Shown in pieces: positions 1-10,087 of a DNA stretch of 64,000 nucleotides. The translations under genes and the position numbers were made by a program. The notes under the pieces were generated by a model. That model searched no databases and was not told the DNA's origin. It saw nothing but the letters and a program-made list of their open reading frames with translations. Positions within the stretch are counted from its first letter, which is position 1. Each line of letters starts with the position of its first letter. Source of the stretch: Sphingomonadaceae bacterium (GTDB lineage: Bacteria > Chloroflexota > UBA6077); NCBI GenBank assembly GCA_050261575.1, contig JBLNDL010000093.1, positions 1-64,000 of the forward strand, given 5' to 3'.

Positions 1-497
1 AGGGAGGAGCTGATCTGGAGCGACTGCAGGAAGACCATCACCTCCTGGATCACCTTCTGGGCTTCCCAGGCCCGGGTGATCATCTCGGATCGCTTGTAGC
101 CGAGGCCGGGCACCTCTCGCAGCCGCTGTGGCTCTTGCTCGATGACCTTCATGGTCTCGAGGCCGAACTGGTCGACGATGCGGGTGGCGGTGATGGGACC
201 CACCCCTTTGATCAGCCCAGAACCCAGGTAGCGACGGATCCCCTCGATGGTGGCGGGCATCACTACCTGGTAGGATTCCACCTGGAACTGGCGGCCGAAG
301 CGGGGATGGGTAGTCCAACGTCCCTGCAGTCGCAGCGACTCCCCGACGTTGAGGGAGGGGAGGTTGCCGACTATGGTGACCAGGTCGCGCTGCTCCACCG
401 GCTGCAACCTGGCGATGGTGTAGCCGTTCTCGTCGTTGCTATAGGTTATCCGCTCGACTACACCTTCCAGTGAGGCGAGATAGGGCACCTTCTCCAT
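1..497 (-). CDS. recD2: RecD2-like ATP-dependent helicase, N-terminal part (runs off the window edge)
   Basis: Manual translation from ATG 497: MEKVPYLASLEGVVERITYSNDENGYTIARL...GRQFQVESY...IEGIRRYLGSGLIKGVGP, the typical RecD2/YrrC N-terminus; absent from the ORF track because it has no stop in the window. Confidence 0.88.
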   Translation of the reverse strand, partial: MEKVPYLASLEGVVERITYSNDENGYTIARLQPVEQRDLVTIVGNLPSLNVGESLRLQGRWTTHPRFGRQFQVESYQVVMPATIEGIRRYLGSGLIKGVGPITATRIVDQFGLETMKVIEQEPQRLREVPGLGYKRSEMITRAWEAQKVIQEVMVFLQSLQISSS

Positions 498-596
498 GGG
501 GCTTTCATCCTGGTTCGATTATACCAGGGAGGACGAAGGAGAGGGGTGCCACGCCGCGTGGCACCCCCTCGATTGGGGCGGAAGCCCTTCGCGTCG

Positions 597-1877
597 CTAC
601 GCTTCCTGGGCCATTCCCGTGAAGGTGATCTCGTCGGCGGTGAGTTCCCTCTTGCCGTACAGGATGTCCCGCCGCAGCATACCCTTCTCGGTGCCGGCGA
701 CCATGATGCAGCCGGAGAGGTCGTCGATCACGTTGAGGGTGGTCCGGAACATATCCGGAAGGAAGTCTATGCCGGCGATGAAGGCGATGCCCTCGATGGG
801 GAGACCCACGCCCTGGAGGATCATCGCCAGCAGCACCAGGCCACCGCTCGGGATGACGGCGCCGCCCAGGCCGATCAGCACGGCCAGGATGACGATGTTG
901 ATTTGCTGCTCTATCGGCAGGGCGATGCCGTAGAGCTGGGCGATGAACATGGCGGCGATGGGTTGCCACACCACCGTGCCGTCCTGGTTCATGCTGGCAC
1001 CCAACGGCATGGAGAAGCCGACGATCTCGGGCCGGATCCCCAGCTTCTGCTCGGCCACCTGCATGGAGACCGGCAGGGATGCGGCCGAGGAGCGGGTGCT
1101 GAAGGCCACCATCATGTAGTCCACGGACCTCTTGTAGAAGTGCCATGGATTCACCTTGGCGACGGCCCAGACGAAGATGGACACCACGATGAAGGTCTGG
1201 AACAGCAGCGCGACCACGCAGGTCACGACGTACTTAGCGAGGGCGCCCAACGCAGCCGTGCCGGTGGTGGCGGTGAGCCAAGCCATCAAGGCGAACACCG
1301 CATAGGGTGAGTACTCCATGATCACCCAGACCATCTTCACCATGATCTGGAAGAGGGAGTCCAGTACCGTCCTTACGGGTTCGGCCTTCTTGCCCACCGA
1401 GCCCATGACCAGGCCGAAGAGGACGCCGAACACCACCACCTGGATCATGTTCGCGCTGGAACCTGCGGCGATGATGTTGGTGGGGAACATGTTCAGGACG
1501 ATGTCGACGAAGGCGGGAGGCTTTGCTGCCTCTGGGGGCTTCACCTGGCCGAGGATCGCCTTGTCGATCCCCGCACCAGGCTGGAAGACGTTGGCCGCGA
1601 CAAGACCGACGAAGCCGGCGATGATGGTGGTGAGCATGTAGAAGACCACCACCTTGACGGCGATGCGGCCGAAGGAACGGATGTCACCGATGCTGGCCAT
1701 TGCGACCGTGAGGGCTGAGAAGATGAGGGGCACCACCACAACCTGGATCAGACGGATGAAGATGTCACCGATCCACTTCAGTTCCTTCACGGGTGGGAAC
1801 ACGAGCCCGACGACGATTCCCAGGACCATGGCGATGAAGAGTTTCCAGGTGATGTTCAACCGGAACCACCAGCCCAT
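597..1877 (-). CDS. Dicarboxylate/amino acid:cation symporter (DAACS/GltP family)
   Basis: Multi-TM protein with AFSTRSSAASLP, GASMNQDG and DMFRTTLNVIDD motifs; AGGAGG RBS before ATG 1877. Confidence 0.92.
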   Translation of the reverse strand: MGWWFRLNITWKLFIAMVLGIVVGLVFPPVKELKWIGDIFIRLIQVVVVPLIFSALTVAMASIGDIRSFGRIAVKVVVFYMLTTIIAGFVGLVAANVFQPGAGIDKAILGQVKPPEAAKPPAFVDIVLNMFPTNIIAAGSSANMIQVVVFGVLFGLVMGSVGKKAEPVRTVLDSLFQIMVKMVWVIMEYSPYAVFALMAWLTATTGTAALGALAKYVVTCVVALLFQTFIVVSIFVWAVAKVNPWHFYKRSVDYMMVAFSTRSSAASLPVSMQVAEQKLGIRPEIVGFSMPLGASMNQDGTVVWQPIAAMFIAQLYGIALPIEQQINIVILAVLIGLGGAVIPSGGLVLLAMILQGVGLPIEGIAFIAGIDFLPDMFRTTLNVIDDLSGCIMVAGTEKGMLRRDILYGKRELTADEITFTGMAQEA

Positions 1878-2193
1878 GATGGACCTCCTGTGAGCGATCG
1901 ATTGCCTTCGTTGGAAGGCCAAGAGGACACAGACAGGGTCGAGTTCGTTGAAACGATGCCTGGAATCGATCGAGAATGCCGGCCCGAACGTGATGCCTTC
2001 CAGAGACCCCCATGATGGGGAGCCATACTCGGGGATCGGCCGAACCGGATCAGTCCATCACCTCCCTGCAAGGCGCACTGTGAAGCAGGCTTGGCGTGGC
2101 TCGGGGAGAGGTGGGTTGCCGATTCTCCCCTTGCAGAGGCAACCGTGAGGGGGCCCGGGTGGCACGAGGGACAGCCCGGCCCGCGTCGCCCGC

Positions 2194-2222
2194 ATTATAG
2201 GTCTCCGCCAGATCACAATCAA
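2194..2222 (-). promoter_or_regulatory. sigma70-type promoter for the symporter
   Basis: Minus strand TTGATT-17 nt-TATAAT. Confidence 0.6.
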
Positions 2223-2271
2223 TCAATTGTCGAGTCTTAGCTGCATCTGGATAGCATCAGGGCTTTCTCAT

Positions 2272-2432
2272 CGTCACGCTGAGCCGCGGGTGAAGGGGCT
2301 CCAGGTGGCAATGCGGGTGTGTCCCACGTGGAGATGCTTTGCCAACGCTCAGTAAGACAGGTGTAGCGCGGCCGTGGCGAGGATGATGCCGTGCTTGGCG
2401 CGACGGTCCGGGCGACTTCGAGCGAGCCCCGT
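2272..2432. repeat. ~145-160 bp composite dispersed repeat, copy A
   Basis: Aligns by eye with 19260-19404, sharing e.g. CGACTTCGAGCGAGCCC and GACAG.TGTAGCG. Confidence 0.75.
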
Positions 2433-2521
2433 GGATCGCGTGGGGCGATTGGACAGAGGCGGCGGCACTGCTGTATTATGTTGCGCACGTCCTAACCGAA
2501 GTGGAGAAGCGGCCTCCAACC

Positions 2522-3430
2522 ATGCCCACGCGAGTCACCGTTCGAGTTCCCGCGACCAGCGCCAATCTCGGCCCTGGTTTCGACTCCATCGGCATAGCCC
2601 TGGACATCTACAACACCGTCGCCATCGAAGCCAGCGACGAGTTCGGGGTGAGCCTCTCTGGGGAGGGGGTGGACGTCCTCTCCCAGGGTCAGGACAACCT
2701 GGTCTACCAGGGGGTGCTGGCCGTTTACGAGAAGCTGAACAAGCCCGTTCCGCCCCTCCGTCTCTCGTGTGAGAACTGGGTGCCCCTTGCCCGAGGCCTC
2801 GGCAGCAGTAGCGCCGCGCTGGTGGCCGGGCTGGTGGCAGGGAACGAGTTCCTCGGCCACCCTCTCTCCGCAGAGGCGCTCCTGCAGATAGCCACCAAGA
2901 TGGAGGGTCACCCGGACAACGTGACCCCCGCTCTCTTTGGCGGACTGCAAGTGGCGGTGATGAACTGCGGCACCGTCCAGCACCTGCGCGTCCCCCTGGC
3001 GGCGGACCTGGGGATCGTCGTCTTCGTCCCCGATTTCCCGATGCTCACGTCCGAGGCACGGGAGGTCCTGCCCCGCCACGTGTCCAGGGCGGACGCCATC
3101 TTCAACATCAGCCGTGCCGCGCTACTGATAGCGGCCATGGCCACGGGCTCCATCGGCCACCTGAAGGCCGCCACCGAGGACGCCCTGCACCAGCCCTACC
3201 GGCTCAAGCTGTTCCCCGCCATGGAGGAGATCATCGGCTCGGCCCTTGGGGCGGGGGCTTCGGGCGCGGCGTTGAGCGGCGCCGGATCCAGCATCCTGGC
3301 ATTCAGCCTGGGAGGCGAAGAGCGGGTGGCAGAGGCGATGGGCAAGGCGGGCGAGCGAGCGGGGGTGGATGGCAGAACCATCATCACCAAGGTCTGCTAC
3401 TCGGGTGCCCAGGTTATCGAGCGGGGATGA
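2522..3430 (+). CDS. thrB: Homoserine kinase
   Basis: PATSANLGPGFD, PLARGLGSSSAA, EGHPDNV and LSGAGS motifs. Confidence 0.95.
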   Translation: MPTRVTVRVPATSANLGPGFDSIGIALDIYNTVAIEASDEFGVSLSGEGVDVLSQGQDNLVYQGVLAVYEKLNKPVPPLRLSCENWVPLARGLGSSSAALVAGLVAGNEFLGHPLSAEALLQIATKMEGHPDNVTPALFGGLQVAVMNCGTVQHLRVPLAADLGIVVFVPDFPMLTSEAREVLPRHVSRADAIFNISRAALLIAAMATGSIGHLKAATEDALHQPYRLKLFPAMEEIIGSALGAGASGAALSGAGSSILAFSLGGEERVAEAMGKAGERAGVDGRTIITKVCYSGAQVIERG

Positions 3431-3515
3431 TCCGGGAACAGGACGGGGCTGAGAGCCGAGGACCGAGTCGCCCGGAGCACTCGCTCAGTCCTAAGTCCTG
3501 CCAGTGGGGGGTTCA

Positions 3516-4733
3516 ATGGCACTGATCGTTCAGAAGTACGGTGGCTCGTCTGTGGCCACGGCCGAGAGGATCCTGGCGGTTGCCCGGCGGGTGGCGACCA
3601 CCAAGGAGGCTGGGAACAGTGTCGTGGTGGTGGTGTCGGCCATGGGCAAGACCACCGATCAGTTGATCGCCCTAGCTCGGGAGGTGTCGCCGGAGCCCGA
3701 CGAGCGGGAGTTGGATCTCTTGCTCTCCACGGGGGAGACGGTCTCTGCCACCCTGATGGCGATGGCGCTGCGCCACATGGGCCACACGGCGATCTCGCTG
3801 ACCGCAGGCCAGGCCGGGATCCGCACCGACTCGCTCCATGGCCGCGCGCGCATCAAGTCGGTGGACACGGAGCGGCTATGGCGGGAACTGGGTGATGGCA
3901 AGATCGTCATCGTCACCGGCTTCCAGGGGATCACGGACCAGTTTGACATAACTACTCTCGGGCGGGGCGGGTCCGATACGACGGCGGTGGCCCTAGCGGT
4001 AGCGCTGAAATCGGACCGATGCGACATCTACACCGACGTCGACGGGGTCTACACCGCCGATCCCCGCCTGGTGCCTCAGGCCAGGCGGCTGGAAGAGATC
4101 TCCTACGAGGAGATGCTGGAGATGGCCCAACTGGGATCCAAGGTGATGCATCCCCGTTCGGTCGAGTTGGGGGGCGCGTTCGGAGTCCCCATCATGGTCC
4201 GCTCCAGCTTCAACGATCAGCCGGGCACGCTCATTCACGAGGTTAAGGAAATGGAAACCAGAAACCGGGTGCGCGGCATCGCGCATGACCTGAACGTGGC
4301 GAAGATCTCCGTCGTGGGCGTTCCCGACCGGCCCGGCCTGGCCGCTGCCATCTTCCAGCCCCTGGCAGAGGCGGGGATAAGCGTCGACGTCATCGTGCAG
4401 AACGTGACCGTCGAGGGCGCCACGGACCTCTCCTTCACGGTGGCGAGGGGCGATCTGGCGAAGGCCGTGCGGATCGTAGAGCCGCTGGCGCAGCAGATCG
4501 GCGCATCGCAGGTGCTCAGTTCCGACAGTCAGGGGAAGGTCTCCATCGTGGGGGCCGGCATTCAGAGCGCGCCGGGCATCGCGGCGACCATGTTCCGCGC
4601 ACTCTACGAGGCAGGAATCAACATCCAGATGATCACCACCTCGGAGATCCGGATCACCTGCATCGTGGATCGGGAGAGGGTGCCGGAGGCGGTGGAGAAG
4701 CTGCACGCTGCGTTCGAGCTCGATCAGGTGTGA
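3516..4733 (+). CDS. lysC: Aspartate kinase
   Basis: IVQKYGGSSV, TTLGRGGSDTTA, DVDGVYTADPR; two C-terminal ACT domains. Confidence 0.95.
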   Translation: MALIVQKYGGSSVATAERILAVARRVATTKEAGNSVVVVVSAMGKTTDQLIALAREVSPEPDERELDLLLSTGETVSATLMAMALRHMGHTAISLTAGQAGIRTDSLHGRARIKSVDTERLWRELGDGKIVIVTGFQGITDQFDITTLGRGGSDTTAVALAVALKSDRCDIYTDVDGVYTADPRLVPQARRLEEISYEEMLEMAQLGSKVMHPRSVELGGAFGVPIMVRSSFNDQPGTLIHEVKEMETRNRVRGIAHDLNVAKISVVGVPDRPGLAAAIFQPLAEAGISVDVIVQNVTVEGATDLSFTVARGDLAKAVRIVEPLAQQIGASQVLSSDSQGKVSIVGAGIQSAPGIAATMFRALYEAGINIQMITTSEIRITCIVDRERVPEAVEKLHAAFELDQV

Positions 4734-4993
4734 GCGGACTCATTCTGGTCGCCCAGGGAACCCCGGATCAGGTTCAGCACCCAGCCGAGGGCGGCGCTAA
4801 CTATGGTGCCGATCCCTCCGGCCAGGGCCACCACCATGCCCGTCTTGGAGGTGTCGTTGGGGACGAACTCTTCGAACGCCTCCGGACGGGCGGCCATCGC
4901 CAGGCCGGCCAACAGGAGGATGAGCGAGGCGGCCAACAGGAGGGCCACCAGGTAGACGCCCACCCGCAGAGCGCGAGCCATCTGTCCCCCCAC
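4724..4993 (-). CDS. Small two-TM membrane protein
   Basis: Two hydrophobic helices; directly downstream of the sensor kinase. Confidence 0.6.
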   Translation of the reverse strand: MGGQMARALRVGVYLVALLLAASLILLLAGLAMAARPEAFEEFVPNDTSKTGMVVALAGGIGTIVSAALGWVLNLIRGSLGDQNESAHT

Positions 4994-4995
4994 CC

Positions 4996-6540
4996 CTATT
5001 CCGGCTGTCGCGACTCACTCTCCAAGCCGTATAGCCCCGGAGCATCCGATTCGGCTGCTTCCGGCCGTTCCTCGCCCTCGATGGCCTCTCCATCGGGTGG
5101 CATCTCGCCACGGGGGAGCACGACCGTCACCGTGGTGCCAACCCCTACCTGGCTCTCCAGGTTGATCTCCCCACCGTGGGCATCGACTATGGTGCGCACG
5201 ATGGAGAGCCCGAGCCCCGTTCCCTCCTCGCAGAAGCGGCGGGCGTTCTCCGCGCGATAGAACTCGTTGAACACCTTTGGCACGTCGGCGGAGGGGATAC
5301 CGATGCCGGTGTCCCTCACCTGGAAGCGCACGGTGTTCTCGATGGAGTCGACGCCGAGCTCCACTTTGCCGCCAGTGGGCGTGTAGTTGATGGCGTTGGA
5401 AAGCAGGTTGGAGAGCATCTGCTCCAGGGCTTCGGGCTCGGCGAAGATGGTGAGCGGTGTGCCTGGAAGAAGAGTCTCGAGACTCAATCCCCTCGCTTCC
5501 GCCCGCGGCGAGTGCTGAGCGACGACCTTCTCCACCACCGCCGACGCGCTCAGCGGCCGGCGGTCGGTGAACATCTTCGCCTCCCGCGTTCGTGCGAGTA
5601 TCAGCAGATCCGCCGCCAAGCTCAGCAGTCCGCGGATCCGCTTCTCCGCCTTCGCGACCAACTCCCTCTGCGTGGGTGAGATCGTCTCCGGCTTGCCGTC
5701 CAGCACCGCCTTCAGGGAGCTCTGGACGGACGACAGTGGGGCCTTCATCTCGTGAGAAACCCTGCCCATGTACTGGCTCTTGATCTGCTCCAGCTTGGAA
5801 AGCTGGTTGTAGGCTCCCTCCAGCTCCTGTGCCTTCTCCTCCAGCGCCCGGGTCAGGGCCATGATCTCCATCTCCCGCGATCTCAACCGCGCGGTGATCG
5901 AGGTGGCCATGTACGCGGCCAGGTAGAGAGTGCTGCAGAACACCAGCAGGGTGACGGCCACGAAGAGCCCTTCGAAGGCGGGCTCGGAGCGTTCCCAGTC
6001 GAAAAGGTTCAGGTGGGGGATGTATCTCGCGTACTCACCCAGGACCAGGCTACCATAGAGGACGACGGCGATGGTGGCCTGGAGGAAGGTTTCCCGCCGC
6101 GAGAGCAGAATGCTCGCGATGATCACGTGGAAGATGTAGAAGAAGGCGATGGGATTCTCCACGCCGCCCGAGAAGTGGATCAACAGGGTCAGGAAGAAGA
6201 GGTCGATGACGATCTGGGCGTTGGCCATCACCCTGGCCCGCTCCAGGCGGTTGGCGGTGGAGGCCACCTCGCTCCACTTGAGGCCGACGATGAGGAAGGA
6301 GTTGTAGGTGGCGATGGCCGCGCCGATCAGGTAGAGCGGCAGGGGGTCGAGTCTGACGCCCAGGAAGCCGGTGAACAGGAAGGTGCCATAGATCACCGCG
6401 GAGGACGCCAACCACCTCAACCGAATGAGCCAGTTGATGCGCTGGCTCAACTCCATATCCATCGGAGCAGAACGTCGCAAGTCGGCCTCCGCCTCTCCAT
6501 GGTGGGTGGGCCACACCCGTCTCCGAAGCCAAAAGGCCAC
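4996..6540 (-). CDS. Membrane-bound sensor histidine kinase (start may be ~6462)
   Basis: N-terminal TM region, H-box VSHEMKAPL, N-box NLLSNAINY, DTGIGI and GTGLGLSI. Confidence 0.92.
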   Translation of the reverse strand: MAFWLRRRVWPTHHGEAEADLRRSAPMDMELSQRINWLIRLRWLASSAVIYGTFLFTGFLGVRLDPLPLYLIGAAIATYNSFLIVGLKWSEVASTANRLERARVMANAQIVIDLFFLTLLIHFSGGVENPIAFFYIFHVIIASILLSRRETFLQATIAVVLYGSLVLGEYARYIPHLNLFDWERSEPAFEGLFVAVTLLVFCSTLYLAAYMATSITARLRSREMEIMALTRALEEKAQELEGAYNQLSKLEQIKSQYMGRVSHEMKAPLSSVQSSLKAVLDGKPETISPTQRELVAKAEKRIRGLLSLAADLLILARTREAKMFTDRRPLSASAVVEKVVAQHSPRAEARGLSLETLLPGTPLTIFAEPEALEQMLSNLLSNAINYTPTGGKVELGVDSIENTVRFQVRDTGIGIPSADVPKVFNEFYRAENARRFCEEGTGLGLSIVRTIVDAHGGEINLESQVGVGTTVTVVLPRGEMPPDGEAIEGEERPEAAESDAPGLYGLESESRQPE

Positions 6541-6867
6541 AAGCCCCTCCCCGCCCGACGCTGCGGTCGAGAGCGTGGGGAGAGGCTTTCGTCACCTCCC
6601 GTGTGGGGGGTGCCACGGAGCGGGAGCACCCTTCGCGGCTGATGCTACCAAATGGGCCGTCGAAAGACAAGATACATAGACACGCTAACTATTGGGGGCG
6701 CTCACTTGTCACCCCGAGCGCGGCAATACACCCGTGATGCACGTTGCCGCGCCGCGCGCACGTAGACCGCGGGCGGTTGCAGGGGCGCACATTCGTGTGT
6801 GCCCCTGCGGTTCTGGTGGGCACAGCTAGGGGCTCCTGCCGACCGGGCGATGCATCGCAGGGGAGGG

Positions 6868-7512
6868 CTATCTCACCTTGGATCTCACCCACTCGAGCCA
6901 TCCATCCAGCCCCTGCCCCGTCCGCGCGGAAAGCTCGTAGATGGGAAGGTCGGGGTTGGTGGCCCGGGACGCACGCCTGGCCTTCTCCAGGTCGAAGTCC
7001 ACCATCCCCAGCAGGTCGATCTTGTTCAGCACCATCGCGCTGGACTGCTGGAAGACCAGGGGGTACTTCTCCGGCTTGTCGTCGCCCTCGGCAACGCTGA
7101 GGATCACTACCTTTGCGTCCTCGCCGATGTCGAAACCGGCCGGGCAGACCAGGTTCCCCACGTTCTCGATGAAGAGGAGCTGGATATCGTCCAGGGGGAG
7201 GCTCTCCAACGCCGACCGGACCATGTTGGCGTTCAGGTGGCAATCGCCGCCGGTGTTGATCTGTACGACCGGCACCTGGTGCCGCCCGATTCTCTCCGCG
7301 TCGGCGCTTCCCGCGATGTCGCCCTCGATCACGGCCATGCGGATCTCGCCCCTCAGCCCTTCCAGGGTGCGCTCCAGCACGGTGGTCTTACCGGCCCCCG
7401 GCGAGGCGATGAGGTTCAGGGCGACAATGCCCTTCGCCTTCAGCAGCCGCCGGTTCTCGGCTGCGATGGCGTCGTTGGCCTCCAGCACGTTGCGCAGCAC
7501 CTTGATCTCCAT
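6868..7512 (-). CDS. hypB: Hydrogenase nickel incorporation GTPase HypB
   Basis: ASPGAGKT, INTGGDCHL, ENVGNLVCPA, EGDDKPEKYP, NKID. Confidence 0.95.
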   Translation of the reverse strand: MEIKVLRNVLEANDAIAAENRRLLKAKGIVALNLIASPGAGKTTVLERTLEGLRGEIRMAVIEGDIAGSADAERIGRHQVPVVQINTGGDCHLNANMVRSALESLPLDDIQLLFIENVGNLVCPAGFDIGEDAKVVILSVAEGDDKPEKYPLVFQQSSAMVLNKIDLLGMVDFDLEKARRASRATNPDLPIYELSARTGQGLDGWLEWVRSKVR

Positions 7513-7574
7513 GGTCTCTCCAAAGTAGCTATCAGCTATCAGCACCCGGCTCCGTGATTCGAGGGGGCGGGCGC

Positions 7575-8711
7575 TCAACAGATGCGAGGCAGCATCTCGC
7601 CCATGAGCATCTGGACCACGCGGGTGCCGCCGATGCGGGTCTTCATCAGCACCTTCCCCACCGGATCCGGCAGTACCGTCCCGATGATGCTCGCCTCCTC
7701 CCCGTAGCGGGTTGCCCGCAGCGCCTCCAGGGCCCGCGTGGCCTCCTCGGCCGGCACGATGGCGATCAGCTTCCCCTCGTTGGCCACGTAGAGTGGGTCG
7801 TAGCCCAGCATCTCGCAGGCCGCCTGGACGGCCGGTCGCACCGGGGTCCGTTCCTCCTCGATGCGGATCGCTACCCCAGACTGCGCCGCGACCTCGTTCA
7901 GGGTCGTGGCCAGCCCCCCTCGCGTGGGATCGCGCAGCGTGCGCAGGTTCGGGCTGGCCTCCAGCAGCGCCTCAACCAGGTGGTTGAGGGGTGCCACGTC
8001 GCTGACGACCGGTGCGTCGAACTCCAGCCCCTCCCGTTGGCTGAGCACCGCCATGCCGTGGTCGCCAATCGGCCCCGAGATGAGAACGACATCGCCCGGC
8101 CGGGCGTTGGAGCCCGACAGGTCGACGCCGTCGGGCACGATCCCGACCCCCGCAGTGGTGATATACAGCCCGTCAGCGCTTCCCCTCTGCACAACCTTGG
8201 TGTCGCCGGTGACCACCGCCACCTGCGCCTCCTCGGCCGCCGCCTTCATGGATGCGACCACCTGCTTGAGAACGGCGATGGGGAGTCCCTCCTCCAGGAT
8301 GAACCCCGCCGAGAGGTAGAGGGGTTTCGCGCCCACCATGGCAAGGTCGTTCACGGTGCCGCAGACGGCCAGCCGCCCGATGTCTCCCCCCTTGAAGAAG
8401 AGGGGCTGCACCACGTGGCAGTCGGTGCTCATCGCGAGCCGGCCAGTGGAGTGACGAGTGATGAGTGACGAGTGACGAGCTTGCCCCCTCTCTCCTTGAG
8501 AGAGGGCCGGGATGAGGGTTGAGGGGCTTTCGACCGACGAGCCCTCACCCTTACCCCCTCCCAAAGTGAGAAGGGGAAGAGAGAGCACCGCCGAATCGTC
8601 CATGCGCGATAGCGCCGGGTTGCCGAAGGCCGGAACGAAGACCGACTGCACGAGTTCCGCGCTCAGCTTGCCACCGCTGCCGTGGGCTAGAAGGATCCTA
8701 TCGTCTCTCAT
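7575..8711 (-). CDS. hypE: Hydrogenase maturation protein HypE, with a ~42-aa in-frame repeat-derived insertion
   Basis: MRDDRILLAHGSGG, GDIGRLAVCGTVNDLA, RDPTRGG and C-terminal LPRIC; true start 8711 lies inside ORF 7575..10025. Confidence 0.95.
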   Translation of the reverse strand: MRDDRILLAHGSGGKLSAELVQSVFVPAFGNPALSRMDDSAVLSLPLLTLGGGKGEGSSVESPSTLIPALSQGERGQARHSSLITRHSTGRLAMSTDCHVVQPLFFKGGDIGRLAVCGTVNDLAMVGAKPLYLSAGFILEEGLPIAVLKQVVASMKAAAEEAQVAVVTGDTKVVQRGSADGLYITTAGVGIVPDGVDLSGSNARPGDVVLISGPIGDHGMAVLSQREGLEFDAPVVSDVAPLNHLVEALLEASPNLRTLRDPTRGGLATTLNEVAAQSGVAIRIEEERTPVRPAVQAACEMLGYDPLYVANEGKLIAIVPAEEATRALEALRATRYGEEASIIGTVLPDPVGKVLMKTRIGGTRVVQMLMGEMLPRIC

Positions 8712-9796
8712 TCGACCCCCGCGAACTGGAACCATGTGGAGCAGGTCCCCTCGCTGGATACCATGCACGGGCCGACAGGGTTCTCCGGGGTGCAGACCCT
8801 GCCGTAGAGGGAGCACTCCGGGGGCTGGGCGACCCCACGCAGCACCTCGCCGCAGCGGCAGCCGGGGTGTTCCCTCGTCGGCCCTGGGTCGACCTGAAGT
8901 GCGCGGCGCGCGTCGAAGCGGGCGTACTCCTCGCGGATCTCCAGGCCGCTGCCGGGGATGATCCCGAGCCCACGCCACTCGGCGTCGGCAGGTCGAAAGA
9001 CCCGGTACAGCAGCTCCAGCGCCACCGGATTCCCCTCCGGGCGCACCACACGCCGGTACTGGATGGCCACCTCGGCCCGGCCCTCCGCCCTCATCGCCAG
9101 CAGCATGTCGATCGCGTGGAGGATGTCCAGTGGCTCGAAGCCCGCGATGACGCAGGGTATCCCGTACTCCTCGGCCAGGAAGCGGTAGGGCTCCGAGCCG
9201 ATGATCGTGCTCACGTGGCCTGGGCAGAGGAAGCCGTCGATCTCGATCTCCTCGGCGTCCACCAGCGCCTTCATGGGCGGAGGCATCACCTTGTGCACGG
9301 AGTAGACGTGGTAGTTGTCGAGCCCGGCCTCCTCTGCCTCCAGAATCGAGCAGGCGATCGTGGGGGCGGTCGTCTCGAAGCCGATGCCGAAGAACACCAC
9401 CGTCTTCTCGGGGTTGGCGCGGGCGATGGAGAGTGCGTCCAACGCGGAGTAGACCACTTGGATGGCGCAGCCCTCGGCGCGAGCCTGCTGGAGACTGGAG
9501 AAGGAGCCCGGCACCTTCAGCATGTCGCCAAAGGTGGCCAGGATGACGTCCGGCCGGTGGGCGGCGGCGATGGCCCAGTCGACGTCTCGGTTGGCCGTCA
9601 CGCACACCGGGCAGCCGGGACCGGACACCAGGGAAACCTGCTTCGGCAGTAACTGCCGGATGCCGTGGCGGAAGACGGCGACGGTGTGGGTGCCGCACAC
9701 CTCCATCAGGTTGGCCGGCAGGGCTGCCCTTCGGTGGATGCGCTCCACCAGGCGCGCGGCGGCAGCGCCATCTCGGAACTCGGTGACGTATTTCAT
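8708..9796 (-). CDS. hypD: Hydrogenase maturation protein HypD
   Basis: MEVCGTHT, GPGCPVCV, PGHVS, GPCMVSSEGTC. Confidence 0.96.
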   Translation of the reverse strand: MKYVTEFRDGAAAARLVERIHRRAALPANLMEVCGTHTVAVFRHGIRQLLPKQVSLVSGPGCPVCVTANRDVDWAIAAAHRPDVILATFGDMLKVPGSFSSLQQARAEGCAIQVVYSALDALSIARANPEKTVVFFGIGFETTAPTIACSILEAEEAGLDNYHVYSVHKVMPPPMKALVDAEEIEIDGFLCPGHVSTIIGSEPYRFLAEEYGIPCVIAGFEPLDILHAIDMLLAMRAEGRAEVAIQYRRVVRPEGNPVALELLYRVFRPADAEWRGLGIIPGSGLEIREEYARFDARRALQVDPGPTREHPGCRCGEVLRGVAQPPECSLYGRVCTPENPVGPCMVSSEGTCSTWFQFAGVE

Positions 9797-9799
9797 GGC

Positions 9800-10027
9800 T
9801 TAGTTCTCGGCACCCCGCTCTTCCATCTGCTTGAACAGCTCGACGGTGCGGAGAGCCTCCTCTTCGTCCAGCTTCTCGATGGCGTAGCCCGCGTGGATGA
9901 TGACGTAGTCCCCCACCTGGGCGGAGGGCAGCATTCGGATGCTGGCCTCCCTCACCACGCCGGCCATATCCACCGTCGCTCGGTTGCCCTCTATCTTGAC
10001 GATCCTGGCTGGCACAGCAAGACACAT
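9800..10027 (-). CDS. hypC: Hydrogenase chaperone HypC
   Basis: MCLAVP N-terminus, VGDYVIIHAGYAI. Confidence 0.95.
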   Translation of the reverse strand: MCLAVPARIVKIEGNRATVDMAGVVREASIRMLPSAQVGDYVIIHAGYAIEKLDEEEALRTVELFKQMEERGAEN

Positions 10028-10087
10028 GTTAAGCCTCCAGAAACGAGCCATCAGCTATCAGCACGTGGCCGTGAAGTGTGGGCTGTC

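Noticed and set aside
7575..10025. 816-aa ORF as a HypE fusion
   Set aside because: The upstream part is an alternative frame over hypD/hypC; HypE starts at 8711, coupled to the hypD stop.
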